A stretch of 64,000 nt of DNA from Rhina ancylostomus (Eukaryota): NCBI GenBank assembly GCA_030265395.1, contig JARFYF010000084.1, forward strand, positions 90,498,920 through 90,562,919, given 5' to 3'. How positions within the stretch are numbered: position 1 is the stretch's first letter; every line of letters begins with the position of its first letter. Position numbers and translations under genes: made by a program. Below the pieces are notes generated by a model that saw nothing but the letters and a program-made list of their open reading frames with translations, was not told the DNA's origin and ran no database searches. This document shows positions 13,955-27,400 of this stretch, piece after piece.

Positions 13955-14532
13955 TTTAGAATTGGAATCAGGTTTATTATCACTGACGTACGTCATGAAA
14001 CTTGTTGTTTTGTGGCAGCAGTGCAGTGCAAGACATAAAAGTTACTATAAATTAACCAAGAATTAAATAAATAAAATAGTACAAAAGAGGAATAATGAGG
14101 TAGTGTTCCGAGACCATTCAGAAATCTGATGGCAGACAGGAAGAAACTGCCCCCTGAAACACTGAGTGTGGGTTTTCAGGCTCCCATACTTCCTCCCTGA
14201 TGGTAGTAATGTGAATAGGGCATGTCCTGAATGGTGAGGATCCTTAATGTTGGATGCCACCTTCTTGAGGCACTGCCTCTTGAAGATATCCTCGAAGGTG
14301 GGGAAGGTTATGCCCATGATGGAGCTGGTTGAGTCTACAACCCCCTGCAGCCTCTTTTGACCCTGCACATTGGAGCCTCCATACCAAGCACTGATGTAAC
14401 CAGTCAGGATGCTCCCCACTGTACACCTAAAGAAATTTACAAGAGTCTTTGGTGCCATACCAAATCTCCTCAAACTCCTAATGAAGTAGAGCCGTTGGTG
14501 TGCCTTCTTTGAGATTGTATCAATGTGGTGGG
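13955..14532 (-). mobile_element. Rex1/Babar-type LINE 3' fragment (DUF1891-like C-terminus)
   Basis: ORF 14063-14593 reads KKAHQRLYFIRSLRRFG..FFRCTVGSILTGYISAWYG..LPSGRKY. The minus-strand 3' end has AATAAA plus a (ctgatt)-like tail. Confidence 0.8.
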
Positions 14533-15044
14533 NNNNNNNNNNNNNNNNNNNNNNNNNNNNNNNNNNNNNNNNNNNGCTGCAGCACTGACGCATTGTGCAT
14601 GTGCCAGGTCTTTAAAGACGAAGGTAATTGTGTTCCACCTCCTTGCTCATTCCACTGTTCCCCATAAGATTTTTTGCCAAAATGTTATACTCAGCTTGAA
14701 GCAGTGATATAGGGTGGGGTCATTTGTTCTTCATGGGGATTCATGCTGGATTCAGTTGTCCTGAAACTCCAAAGACCACATTATGACATGCTATTTTACA
14801 TCAACACTGTAGTTGTTCTGGAAAAGCATTCTCAAACTGCAAGTATGCATATATCTTCTTAGAAAATATTTAAGCTGTATTATGTCCAAATCCTTCCACC
14901 TAATAACTAAGAGTGAATCTCAGAATTAATATTCATGCTACCAAACAGTGAAAGATCATTGGACTGCAGGGTTACATGTTTTCATCACCCTAATGTGAGC
15001 CTTTGGTTTTCTTGGAGGTGGATGTATATGTTTTAATCTTCTAG

Positions 15045-15403
15045 AACATAGAACACTACAGCAGAGTACAGGCCCTTTGGCCCACAATATTGTGCTGACA
15101 TTTCATCCTGCTTTAAGGTTTATCTAACCCCTCCCTCCCACATAGTCCCCTGTTTCTCTATCATTCATGTGTCTAAGCGTCTCTTAAATGTCCCTAATGT
15201 ATCTGCCCCCACAATTTCTGCCAGCGGTGCATTACATGCACCCACCACTCTCTGTGTAAAGAAAAAATCTTACCTCTGACATCCCCATTATATCTTCCTC
15301 CAATCACCTTAAAAATATGTCCCCTCGTGTTAGCCATTGTTGTCCTGGGGAAAAAGTCTCTGCTGTCCACTCGATCTATGATTCTTATCATCTTGTACAC
15401 CTC
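15045..15403 (-). mobile_element. CR1 LINE 3' fragment
   Basis: YKMIRIIDRVDS..FFPR..NTRGH.FKV.GGRY.GDVRG (CR1 ORF2 C-terminus) with a (ttctatg) tail. Confidence 0.8.
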
Positions 15404-16049
15404 TGAGATATTTCTTCAGTAGAAGCAATATGTAAAGTGGGAGAATGCTTTCACTTCTTCAACAGGTCAAAAGATGGTATTCTTAATGGGAGACCTGACT
15501 TGAGGAAGTCAGAGATCAAAGTAAAGACTTTTTCTATCCTCTCACACATGTCCAAAACTTGGTAGATGCATGGTCCCAATATGAGTACTTCTTAGAGATT
15601 GTAATAGGTTCTGGGAAGAAGGGCTCAGGTGCAGTGGCCATCCGGTTGACTGCAGGCTCCATTATTGAATGCTAAAACCCTACACAAGTGAGCTATCACG
15701 AGCAGCAGGAGTTAACCTTTTGGTACTGACTTTGCACAACATTTTCAAAACGCATTAAAAAACGCATCTTCGCTTTTGGACAATGTTGAGAAGTGTTGTT
15801 AAATCCTTACTTGTTATGAAAATAATAAAAAGGTTTGCAAGAGGACCTACAAATGCAAGTGTTAAAATTAAAATCTGTGCTCAGCGGTTTTTTTTAACCA
15901 TTAGCTATTATGAGGTTCATACGTTAGTAGCAGCATGAAACAATATGACCCAACAATTGACTTGCGAGCATCTTTGAAGTACAAAAAAAAGAAACTTATA
16001 GAAATAAATTTCCAGATGGTTCAGAGTGACAACCTTTGCTTCAATAATT

Positions 16050-18600
16050 GTGCGTTGCAGAACGAGTTTCTTTTTTACTTAAATTGCATTTGATGTACAT
16101 AATTTCCGTGCGTATGTGCAGTGTGTGTGTATGTGTGTGTTGTCGGCAGACTAAGGCTGACGAGAGAAAGCGCAGTGTTTCNNNNNNNNNNNNNNNNNNN
16201 NGGAGCTGCTCAACATTCAGTTCACACACACTGGTTGCCTGGTAGCCGCCTCAGTCCAATCTCTCCAATTGAAGCATGGCAGGGTCCCTGATCAGCCGCA
16301 GAAACGAGAATGTTGCACTGACGTGCAGTCAGTGACACACAGAAGAGCAGCGAGCAAGCGATGAACTCGCAGCAAAACCCGTCTCTGGAACTAATAGACA
16401 CATTTAGATCCTCTTATCTTAAAAGCTACAAGAAGACTTCCACCTGATTGTAAAACTGATATAACAGACTCATTAGTCATTGAATATCCGAGATCAACTG
16501 GATTCTGGTAAGTTCATTACTTTTTATTTGAAAGTTTCATGTTTTTTTTAAAAAGTCTCCTCTGATATAATTTGACAGAAGAAGGTGAGTGAGGATTGAT
16601 TGGTCACTTGCTTTTTAAATCGGTGAGAACTATTTGGACCCTTTTGCACCCCAGGTACAGTAAATTGCTGATTGACAGCGTGGTGTTTTAGCAACAAAGA
16701 AACCGCAGGGGGCACCAACGAGCTTCGGTTCGCAATGTGATATTTACAGCGCTCTTCAGTTTAACTAGTCTCTAGTATTTAACAAGAATTACTCCTGGTT
16801 GTAACAGCCCCACCCAGTAGACACCTTGCAAGTGAATTAGGGGAATCGGTTAGGGAGAGGATCGTTCGATACCCTGCTTCTAATTAGCCCCACCCCAACC
16901 TCTGCACCAATGCTCCCACGAAACAAAATGCACAATTATTGGCTTAAAGATATAGTTTTTAAAAAAAAATAAAACATGCCCTTTAAATAACAGACACATT
17001 TTATTTTAATAATCTGCATGGGTATGATCCCGTAAAAAATTAATTACATGGGATTTATTTGTGTAACATTTCAGGAATTAGTAAAATAAATACAAAGAAA
17101 TGAAAAGGGACGAGTTCATTGAAGCATGCAAAAATCTTTAATTAAACGATTGATTAAAATACTTCAAAGCTGGCGATTTCTTTTAAGTCTGAATTTGGAA
17201 AAAGGGCACGTGATGCCGGTCCCAGTGCCCAATTGCGCTCACAGCGCCACCTCGGATATTATTTTACAAATGGGCTAAGGTTTAGTCGCTCCTGCCCACA
17301 CTCTCAGGCGAAATGCAGCAGCAGCGGAGGAGTGTCGCGTAAATCCCCCACTCCTCCTCCCCATTTCACAGTCAGACACAAGCAGCGCAGGCGAAGTCCA
17401 GCGTAGGACCGGGCAGCAGGAGAAAGGGCGATCGGAATAACGGTAAGAGACTGACTCGGTGCCTCTCTGCATAGAAATGTACCGTGGCCTTGCATTTGTC
17501 CCAAACATTTTAAAAGGGTTTGGTCCACTGGGGCGATCCAAAGCAGAACGTCGACTTGAATTATTTGTAGAAATCGAGGACTGCAGCCACTGCGTTGAGA
17601 GGGAAGTGGGTGCGTTTTATTGACTATGGGTTGCGATGTGTGAATGGATTGTGTCAGTTCACTCCACCGAATCCTTTCATAGACTATCTTTTTTTTCTGT
17701 GCAAAGCTTTGCCAAGGTTTTGTGAAGTGATCTGCAAAGGTTTAAGTCAACAAGTCTTCACTGACTTAACCTGTCGCGAATATGAGGGGCACACAATCGT
17801 GTAATGTTTTCTTAGTCAAACCGATCTCACGGTAAAAGGACGACAGCTGCATTACATTGATCATTTTATAGTTTCATGGTGTGAAAATCATTGAGGGGCG
17901 TATTAAACAACAGTTGATTCCCAACATCTGGACCGGTTAATATTTTAAAGGCCATTATTTCAGGTTGCCAGAATCATATGAATGCAATTTTGTATCCTTA
18001 AATACAAACAAAATAAAAGCACAGCAGTTGAAATGGCGATCACTCGCAAAATAAGCGATTTATCGTTGAGGAAATGACTTTATTGCTTTGATGAAACCTG
18101 TGGTTTTATGACTCTTATGATTGTTATGAAGGAATTTACTGTAAATGATTGGCATCTTTTAGGTCGAACACATCTGGAATCGTTATACCGATGCACTGGC
18201 TTGATGCCCGCGGGAGAAAGTGCACAGATCATCTGTTCTTGAGAAAATGCACATTGTAATACCATTAAGCTGCACATGTAGAATTATTATCCAAATGTTA
18301 GGGGTTTGCGAGTTGATTCCCTCATTCCCCCTCACTCCCCCGTGAAGATTTTGCATGATACAGTACAATTCCACTATAATACGTTTTCAACATGATCTGG
18401 GCGTGCAGTTCTCGTAAGGGACTGCAGTGGATTTAACGTATATGGCAATTTGCTTCCTTTGTTTCCCCTGACGCATGCGCTTCACCATAGGGTGGGGAAC
18501 GAAGACATCTCCATAAATCATTCTGTCATTTCTGTCCAGTCAGTAGGACAATGGGAATCCTTCTCTGATTAAATTCCATACTCCCACCTATGTACGAGAT
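16050..18600. promoter_or_regulatory. CpG-enriched promoter / first-intron region
   Basis: CpG dinucleotides are visibly more frequent here than in the CpG-depleted remainder (judged by eye). CCAAT at 16256 and 16265, TGACGT at 16319, CACGTG at 17207, GCATGCGC at 18473, and a (TG)n tract at about 16121-16143. Confidence 0.6.
16217..16507 (+). other. BASP1: Putative non-coding exon 1 (5'UTR) of BASP1; TSS uncertain
   Basis: Strong donor CTG|GTAAGT at 16507/16508 inside the only clearly CpG-enriched region of the window. Inr-like TCAGTT at 16217. Fits the known two-exon BASP1 architecture with one long intron. Confidence 0.6.
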
Positions 18601-20989
18601 TATACCTATGTTTAGTAGTCTTGTGGTTTCTACGTTTTATCTCGTAATTCTAGAATTATTTCTCTGTGGTGTATATTACTTCTAATGAGCAAAAAAAAGA
18701 GCCTGTAAGGATGATCCACAAAAAAAATGTTAAACCACAAACCTTCGGGACAGGCAAGCCTGGGGATGTAGTCTGGCACCAACTAGGAATTCCAGGGTGC
18801 TTTAGGGAAAGGTTTGGCTGTAACAATATTGCAAATGCAAAAACTGCTTGAAACCATTTTGAAGCAGTGCTCACACTTGTTTCTGTATCATATTTTGATC
18901 TATATGTGGAAATAATATTAAAGCAATGCTTTTTGCTTCAAAGTTGTGTTTTTTTTATTTTTGTAGCACCAAAATGGCTAGACTGAAAAAAAGCACTGGA
19001 AATGGAGAAGTTCCACTTCTGTGTGTTACATCCACACCTTCACCATAAGCCTGTAACTCATCAGAGTGAAGCATTTTATTAATCACAAATCATTTTAAGA
19101 CTAGGCACAAGGCCACACAATTTTCAAAAACTGTTACATAACCCTGGAAACAATTGTTATTGTTTAAAAAATCTTGTAGTTTTACTGGCATTCATTGCTG
19201 CTTTGCAAAGAGAAGGTGAATACAATGACTGCATTCAATATGATCTGCAGTGTTATGGTTCACTGCTGATATGGTATTTTTGCAAAGCAAACTATGCCAT
19301 TATTGTATATAACAGAACAAAAATATATTTGTAATAATGTTCTTTTTAAACTTCAAGCATTTAGTCCTACTTTCAGGAAATTGATGTGCAGCTCACCTGG
19401 TATGATCTTCAGATTTTTTTCCCTCCTCCAGTCTTGCAAAGTCAGAGAAATGCCTGGAATTGAATTCCTTGCCTAAATTCTCTTAAACAATGCAGTTCCT
19501 CTATGACAGTTCTGATATTTAGTGGTTTAGCATATTGTGAAGATTTCAATAAAATTCGTTGCCTAAAGTATTTAGAGCCTTATTTTACACTATATTGCCA
19601 TTCTTTGGTGAATTTCTATATGGGTGGAGAATAGACTAGTGTGGTACAATTAGCATTTTACTTTATAATGGGTAGTGCTTCTCCTGAGTTCATAGCAGTG
19701 CAGAATGGAGTTTAGAAAAGTGAAATCATTATAAAAGTGTGCAGTGTAGTATCTTAGAGACCACGTGATGCCTTCTTTGTCAAATATTTTCACATTGCAC
19801 AGTTCCTTGCAATTGCAGAACTGAAGCTTGCTGCAAATTCTAATGTGGTCAGGATGGATTTTAATTCTTTACTAAGACTGCTGCAAACATTGCTTCTTTA
19901 ATTACATTAAACAAGATGTCAATGTACTCTACAGTAATGGCAGTAAAACTTCCTTGTAAGGACACAATTAATCCTTCATTGGATAGCACCCACAAATTAT
20001 GGGTGAATGCTTTTGCATAACCATTTATTTCAAGTTGACAGATCAGGTGAATAAGAAGCAGGCAACACCCTTTGTAGATTAATTAATCCAGTAACAAACA
20101 GAGCTGTGTGACTGCTGATGGAATAGAATGTTCTGAGCAATAAATAAGAAGTTTCCATAAATTAAGCGAAATACATGTGCTTAAGAACTAAACTCTTTGA
20201 CCCATGTTAAACACTTGGGTTTGCATTAACCAATGTCGAAACATCCAAGTGATCACCACAGAACATGATGGAGCAGATAGTAATGGTAAAAATATTCCCA
20301 AGTCTACCTCAGTATCTTCTGTATGTGAGGTTCATTGGCAGCAAAAGATAAAATAAAGCATAATAGTACAACAGTATAATACGGTAGTTTAGTTGCGTTT
20401 TGAAGGAATGTTTGAGAATTTTTGTTGCCATCATCTGTTCTGTGAGTTACAAGGTTGGAACTTGGGGGATGCCATGTTTGCATCCCTTCTCAAAATTCTG
20501 TCTGTACCTNNNNNNNNNNNNNNNNNNNNNNNNNNNNNNNNNNNNNNNNNNNNNNNNNNNNNNNNNNNNNNNNNNNNNNNNNNNNNNNNNNNNNNNNNNN
20601 NNNNNNNNNACAACTGTCTGGGAATTGGTAGGTTCAAATTAATTCATTTGGTTACAAGAATGGAGTGATGATGTTGAGATCTTAAATGTTCCCTATAGAC
20701 TGTGTGCAGAGCAAATCACTTGAGCTACTGAAGTTTACGGGTAGGCACAAGAGCAGCCGTACCTCAGTACCTGGAATTATGTTCCCGTACACTGGACACA
20801 ACCTTTCCACAGTGCCTTTCTTCATCATGTTATTTTCTCATTGTTATCTCACCTGGAGTTCTGCACTTTTATATTTAGCAGCTCATTTGTTTAATTGGTC
20901 TCTTTCCGTTGAGAAACATTGGTCCCATGGTTTAAGAGAAATTTCTTGTTGATTCAATAGGGAGTTTAATGTTTCATGGTGTAACAGGA

Positions 20990-21245
20990 GAAAAAATGCA
21001 AATGCTGGAAATTTGGAAGTAAATTTTGGAAATATACAAATGACTCACTTTGCAAAACAGAGATGCTACAGGAAATCCGAAATAACCCCTTTCTTCCCTT
21101 TCTTCCCTTCCCTCTGCTCCCCTCCTCCATCCCTCTACAGAAAATACTGGAACACTTGACCTGTCAAGCAGAGGGAGAAACATAGCCCAATTGGCATCTG
21201 TAGAGAGCAAATACAGTTTCTGGTTTTAGACCATTTGTCAGAAAG
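20990..21245. mobile_element. Penelope-like terminal repeat fragments
   Basis: atgcaaatgctggaaat, agatgctacaggaaatc, acagaaaatactggaacac and a hammerhead-like remnant on the minus strand at about 21212-21241. Confidence 0.45.
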
Positions 21246-22529
21246 GTAGTTACTTGTGATATATGTCGAATTCATCATTGATCTTATTATCTTTCTGTGA
21301 TGTCCTTCAACCATGATAGCTTGAATTACAGCTTCTCAGAATGGTTAGCAGTAGGCCGAGTTACTACAGGGTGAAATATGCATACAGGAATTAGCAGAAC
21401 GATAGATGTTCAAGAAGTTGCAAACCTATTGGCTGAAATCAACCTGAAAAAGACAGTGAATATTACATTCTCTTTATAGTTAACTGCATTCTTCTGGCTT
21501 AACGTAATAATAATCTAGTTCAGCTCATAGTGAAGAGTAATGTTGCATTCTTGGAGCAGACTGTCAGCTATCAACTTCAGTAAATGCTGATGAGGCCCAA
21601 AATAAGAAGAAACATTTCCAGCAAAGCAAGCTCATAAGAACTTCTGAGATATTTTATGATCCTCAGATTTAAAACATGGCCAAATGGCTTTGCTCCAAAT
21701 CACAAGTACTGTCTCAGAATTACCTTTTCTATATTGTGGCAAGAGTTACAAAAAAAGGTTCAAGGATTGCACAAAGGGAACATTCCTTTCTATAATCTGT
21801 GGGATTGTAATTATATTTCGTACTAAATTTATTAGCCTGCTATGAACAATTAGTGCAAAGGCATTTTGTTTGTCTGCTTGAAACTGTTTCATTCCTTCAA
21901 GTCTTTTCAGACGTCCACAAGGAATTGTAATAATTTTAGTTCAGTAAGCATCCTCTCCTAAATGTTTTACGAAAATAAATCGGTTAATACTTGTAAATTG
22001 CTTACTTGAGCTCTTATTAAAGCATTTCAGTGAAGGGTAACAGCATTTTAAATAAAAATATATTTTACTTATTTGTTCACAGAATATTATAATTATAGTC
22101 TTGTAATACTATCTTGTCAGTTATAAATGGGCAGAAAATCCACAGTAAATGACAATGAAATTAAGAAATTATGTATATATCAAACAATAATTGTCACAAG
22201 CTTAGCTTTGCAAAGTAAATGCTGATGCCTAGTTAGCTCTACAAGATAACCATATAATAAATTGGATTGCAGCCCAGTGTTATACTGTTACGTAGCATAA
22301 AATACCAAGAGTAATCCTCAGATCCATTTTAATACTCCCTAATCCTATTAAATACAAAAAGAATTTTGTGATTGAATTTTCATGTTTGATACTTCTGGAA
22401 TTCTGTTACTTTCCCTCTTGCACACTTTCCTTTTAGTTAGGAAACTTCGGCATCTATTTAGTAAATCCCTTTTAATGGAATAGCTGAAAGACACACATTA
22501 ATTTCATAAAACAGAACGTGAATCCATAA

Positions 22530-22660
22530 GTAACATACTGCAAGTATTGGAGACCTGAAGTAAAACCAGAAAATGCTTGTAACATTCAGCAGATCAGGCA
22601 ACTTCAGAAGAGAGAGAAATAGAATTAACATTTCACATCCATGACATTTCATTTGAATTC
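22530..22660. mobile_element. Penelope-like terminal repeat fragment
   Basis: cagaaaatgcttgtaacattcagcagatcaggca..gagagaaatagaattaacatttca matches the family. Confidence 0.55.
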
Positions 22661-23499
22661 AGCTTGAATGTAGAAATCAAAGCAAATGCCAAAATTTCTT
22701 ATGATTAAGTACCATTTCCACAAATAGAAACTGAATTATGTCCAGTGAATTAAATACTCCATGTACTTAAAATGAGGACACAACATGGTTGAAACAATAT
22801 AAAATCCTGACATCTTAATGGAGCTTCTTCAACTATCTCTCCTTAATGATCTTATCCTGTGAGTTTGTTTAAAAAATTAAGATTTATTATCTTCTCCACA
22901 AATATGACAAATGCATAAACTACCCATAATACAGAAAAGATTATTATGGAATATGGTCTCAGATCAATTTTTTTTGGTGTCTTTAGTGAAGACTGGGAAA
23001 ATTAGAATTGTCAATATGTGAATGAGATGACAATTCACTATCCCCTCTTCACTTTAATGCTTAATTTCATCATCACTGCTATATCTGAGAATACGGAGAA
23101 AAATACAGACAAAAGAAGTTAATTTGAAAGTCTGTGTATTGCATGGCACATTACTTGGAATAGTGAAGACCAGCAATTTATGTCTGATTTGCCTTCAGTT
23201 GAATAATTCCCCTTTTTCTATTGATTATATAAAAATCAGAGGTCTGTATTATTTTTCCTTATTTGTTTCCAATGGATGAAGAAAATTGGGGAAATATGTT
23301 GTCACAGTTCAGTATTATGGGGAGCAAGTACATTCAAGACTGAAACTGTGCTACAGGAGGATATACATTTTGACCNNNNNNNNNNNNNNNNNNNNNNNNN
23401 NNNNNNNNNNNNNNNNNNNNNNNNNNNNNNNNNNNNNNNNNNNNNNNNNNNNNNNNNNNNNNNNNNNNNNNNNNNAGTAGTGAACTTCAGAGTTTAGGG

Positions 23500-24075
23500 C
23501 CATTAAATTCAGGCTCAGCAAGAGGCCAGAATTAAGACATGGAGATACCTTATAAGACCAGAGATAATTACAATGATAAGAAAGGGTGAGACCATTTTGG
23601 GATTTGAAAAAAATGTTAAGTATTTTAACTGAAGCACTGCTTAACAGGGACTTATGGCAGAACAACAAGCATAGAGGTGATGGACGGAGAGGACTTGTGG
23701 CTAGTTCAGATGTGGGCAGCAGAGTTCTGGTTGACCTCATATTCATGGAGAGCAGAAGATGGGAAGGCAATCAGCAATGTATTTAAATAATTTTAGCAAC
23801 AGATCAGCTGAAACCAGATTGCAGCCAGTCAATATTACAAAGGCGGAAGCTGGAGGTCTGAGTGATGGTGTGGATGCGACTTAAGAAACCAAGCTGGGTC
23901 ATGTACGATGCTCAGATTGCGAAGAGTCTGGTTTACATTCAGACAGATGTCAGGGAGAAGGATGGAATTGGTGACTTGGAATGCAGTTTTTGAAGGTGAT
24001 CATGATTACAGCTTTGGTCTTCCCAATATTAATCTGGATGAAATTTTGGCTCATCCAGTGCTAAATGTTGAAGAA
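23500..24075 (-). mobile_element. Degenerate L2-like LINE fragment
   Basis: Purine-rich plus strand similar to 53060-54050 (e.g. cagggagaaggatggaattggtg vs cagggagagggatgggattagtg). Confidence 0.4.
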
Positions 24076-24199
24076 TCGCACTGATAATTTACAAATGGTT
24101 TAATTCATCAGGAGTTCCATTTTAAGTGCAAGTGTCCTCACCAGAGACTTGCTCTGTTCCGTAGAAATTCACTTTTTGCTTTTAATTTTTTAGTTGTCC

Positions 24200-24495
24200 C
24201 TAACTGCACTTGGTTGTCTTTATTAGCCCATTTCAGAGGGCTTTTAAGAATCAATCATGTTGCTCTGGATCTAATGTTACATATACATCAAACTGGATAA
24301 GGATGCCATATTTCCTTCCCAAGGACATAAGGTGAATCTTTATAACAATCATGGTTACAATTACGGATATAACAATTTTATTCCAGCTTCACAATTAGCT
24401 AAATTTAAATTCCCCACCTTCTGTGGTGACATTTGAACTCATGTCTTTGCATTATTGGCCCAAGCCTCTGATTGCTTGTCCAATAATCATAATAT
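24200..24495 (-). mobile_element. tRNA-derived SINE, degenerate
   Basis: The minus strand has a B-box-like gagttcaaatgtcacc followed by gaatttaaattt and a LINE-like tail. Confidence 0.45.
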
Positions 24496-27400
24496 TATTG
24501 TAGCTTGGTGTGAACTGATGGCATGTCATCCTTTCCTTTAAAACTACAGTTCTGAGTTTTTCTGTACAAAAATAGTGGTCCAGATTTGTAATCATTAACA
24601 GGGTTGCTTGTACCAGATAACATTTATTTGTTCTGTCACAGACACAATAAGGGAGTTGGCCACAGTATTGAAAATTGTCATTANNNNNNNNNNNNNNNNN
24701 NNNNNNNNNNNNNNNNNNNNNTGTTTCTGAGATTTTTGTTTGGCTTTCCATAAACCCCAAATTCCCAATCACAGCACTTGAAATCAGACTGTGTAGGGAC
24801 ATTTATCCACTCCCAAGTCATTGGATCTAAACAGCTATCAGTTCCATGTCATTCTGGCCATTGTCCAAAACAGTAAGTTTGGCAGGACATTTGTGATTTG
24901 GAGACAAACACCAAGTAATGTTTTTCAGCAGGGACTTTCTTCCTCACTTTTGGGAAAGCTTGAACCTTCCACTTCTTCTGTGCTTCTGTTTTGCAGCTTG
25001 GTCAGTGGAAAAAGTTGGTAACGAGCAGAACATAGTGAACAAAAAATTGTCGGAGCAAAACAGAAGTTACTAATCTCAAAGGAGGGGAAGATGATTCCAT
25101 TATTGTAAATGAGTTAGTAGGTGAGAAAATTAGTTCCATTTTAGTTGGTAGAAATTGCACATTGGATGCATGAATGGTCATCAGAATTTAATTGATAATA
25201 TCCAAGATTTTCAATATTTCACTTAAAAGGCATCTAGTGACACCTTTGCTCACTACATGAATTACATTAGGCTGATGTAATTTCTGCTACCTAATTGACA
25301 ATGTTGCTTGTTGCTTATTTTGTTGCTTATTTCATTTCACTGGCAATCAGAATTTGGATAATTGTATTATCATTGAACAAGGGAAAACTCTCTTCAGTTC
25401 AATAGAGAAGAAATTGTAAATTACATTTATTATACATTGATGTGTCAGACCTGCAAAAAAAAGGCTGGGAGAGATTTGCATGCATTGCATACTTGTTCTG
25501 TTTATGGCTAACTGTGAATGTGGCTGGGGGACTGGATACTGAGATGGTGTCAAGCAGAACTAGTGGGAAAGAGAACTGGAGTGGGAATCATCAGAAGCTC
25601 TCATGTATCTAATGATTGACAAAGATTTTGGGGGTTTCCTATGTGTTGAGTTGGATGTGATGTATGACTCTGAAAGTCCAGAGGAAAGGGAAGAGGTTGC
25701 TTAAAACAACTCATCAATGATCATGGTTTTAAAAAAAATACATGGATCTCGGACTATGGGCTTGCAGTACATTTACTGGAAATATCAGTGTATCAACAGA
25801 CACATAGCAAGCTAACAGTAATTTCTGTTCTGTCATTTTTAAATGTGTGATCTCATGTAACCTCTCTCCATCAAGATTGCTGATGGTCAAAGCTTAGAGT
25901 GAATTAATAATCAGTAATGTTGAGCTGGAGCAAGCTCAGATGTAGGCACTAGTTCTGTAGGGAACTACCCTCTAATTTACCCTCCCATACTCAGCACACC
26001 TTCCGATTTGCATGTGTACTGCTACAAAGAAGTTGGAAATGTGCTTGTGGTCAGAAGCCACTATGTGTGACCTTCCACTCAGCTGCTGGATTCAGTGGTT
26101 AGGGGCCGGACATTGTTTGCATCTGGTAATTTAGTTCTGCATTGTCCATGATTGGCTCCATTCATTTAAGTGGGATTGCCAACATTTATTAAGAAGGTGA
26201 TATTAAGTCTTTGTAGTTAAATGTATATTATCTGTGTATTTTTAATGAATTTAAAGAATCTTAAATATTTTAACTAGTGTTTTTGTATTTAATTATTTAA
26301 ATTCACTTAAACTGTTTCCTAACGTCTCTGAATCTCTGGAGGCCTGGTCACTGCTCCTGGCACACTCTGGCTTACGGTAGGGCTCTGGTGTGATGGCCTC
26401 CTGTATCATGGATCCCACAGCAGGTAAGTGTAGCCACAGGATAGCCTGGGGTTCTAGTCTAGATGACGGGTTGGATAAAGCATTAACTGAAGATTTTTGT
26501 TTTATGAACAGAAAACATTTTTAGTACATTAAAATTTAGTATTAATATTTTCTTCAGTAAGTTATATCTTGGGATCTTACATTATATAAATAGAAGTTCT
26601 TGTTGCAGCTGTTTTAAGGTTTAAAATATGTTATCTGGAGTATATTTATAAAACCTTTGTCTTCCTCTATTATGACTTTAAGTTGTAGTGTAGCTTCAGT
26701 ATAATATGCTTGGTTTGATCACCCCCATTTTAGTGATGTCTAAAGCTGGAGCTCAAGTTTGATTTATGAGATTCGTTTATTTTTGTTCTGATCACATGGC
26801 CCAAAATTTGCCTTGAATACCTCAGAACATGTTTGGCATCTGATAACATCTCATTTTACTGCAAAGTGCATTCTTCTCTGTTACTATTGATTTAATGGAG
26901 GAAGAATTTCTGCTAACTAAAGGCATTTTGTATATTTTAATTCCTTTTTTTCTGTCAGATGCAGATAATTACTCACAGCTCACCCCAACTCTTCGCAACT
27001 GGTAGTTGGAGTTGTGCAAGAGGGAGTCTGCTTCTTGTTCACTGCTTTTCCTTTTTTCTCTGGGGAAGTTTCTTGTCTGAACTACTCATTAAAGGCATAG
27101 CAGACTTCGATTACTCAGCACATTGTAGCTCATGAACCCTTAAGAATTTTTCAACAAAACTGGGTTCCAGAAAATGAATCCATTTCTACACAATGCACAA
27201 GAGAACAATTAAGTTGTGTCCATTGTAAACATAATCTGTAAACTGGTATATTATTCAGGAACAATTTTTTAAATTTTGGAATCTTCCTCTGAAGTCTTGT
27301 CTAGTTTCAAAGATTATCTTTTTCTCTGAGCCCCTTGTTGGGTTGACAGGTATTTCCTTGCAGTTGATTAATCTACATGTACAGAGTAATGTTTAGATGA

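Noticed and set aside
14063-14593. 176-aa ORF as a host gene
   Set aside because: It is a LINE ORF2 C-terminal fragment with a retroelement tail.
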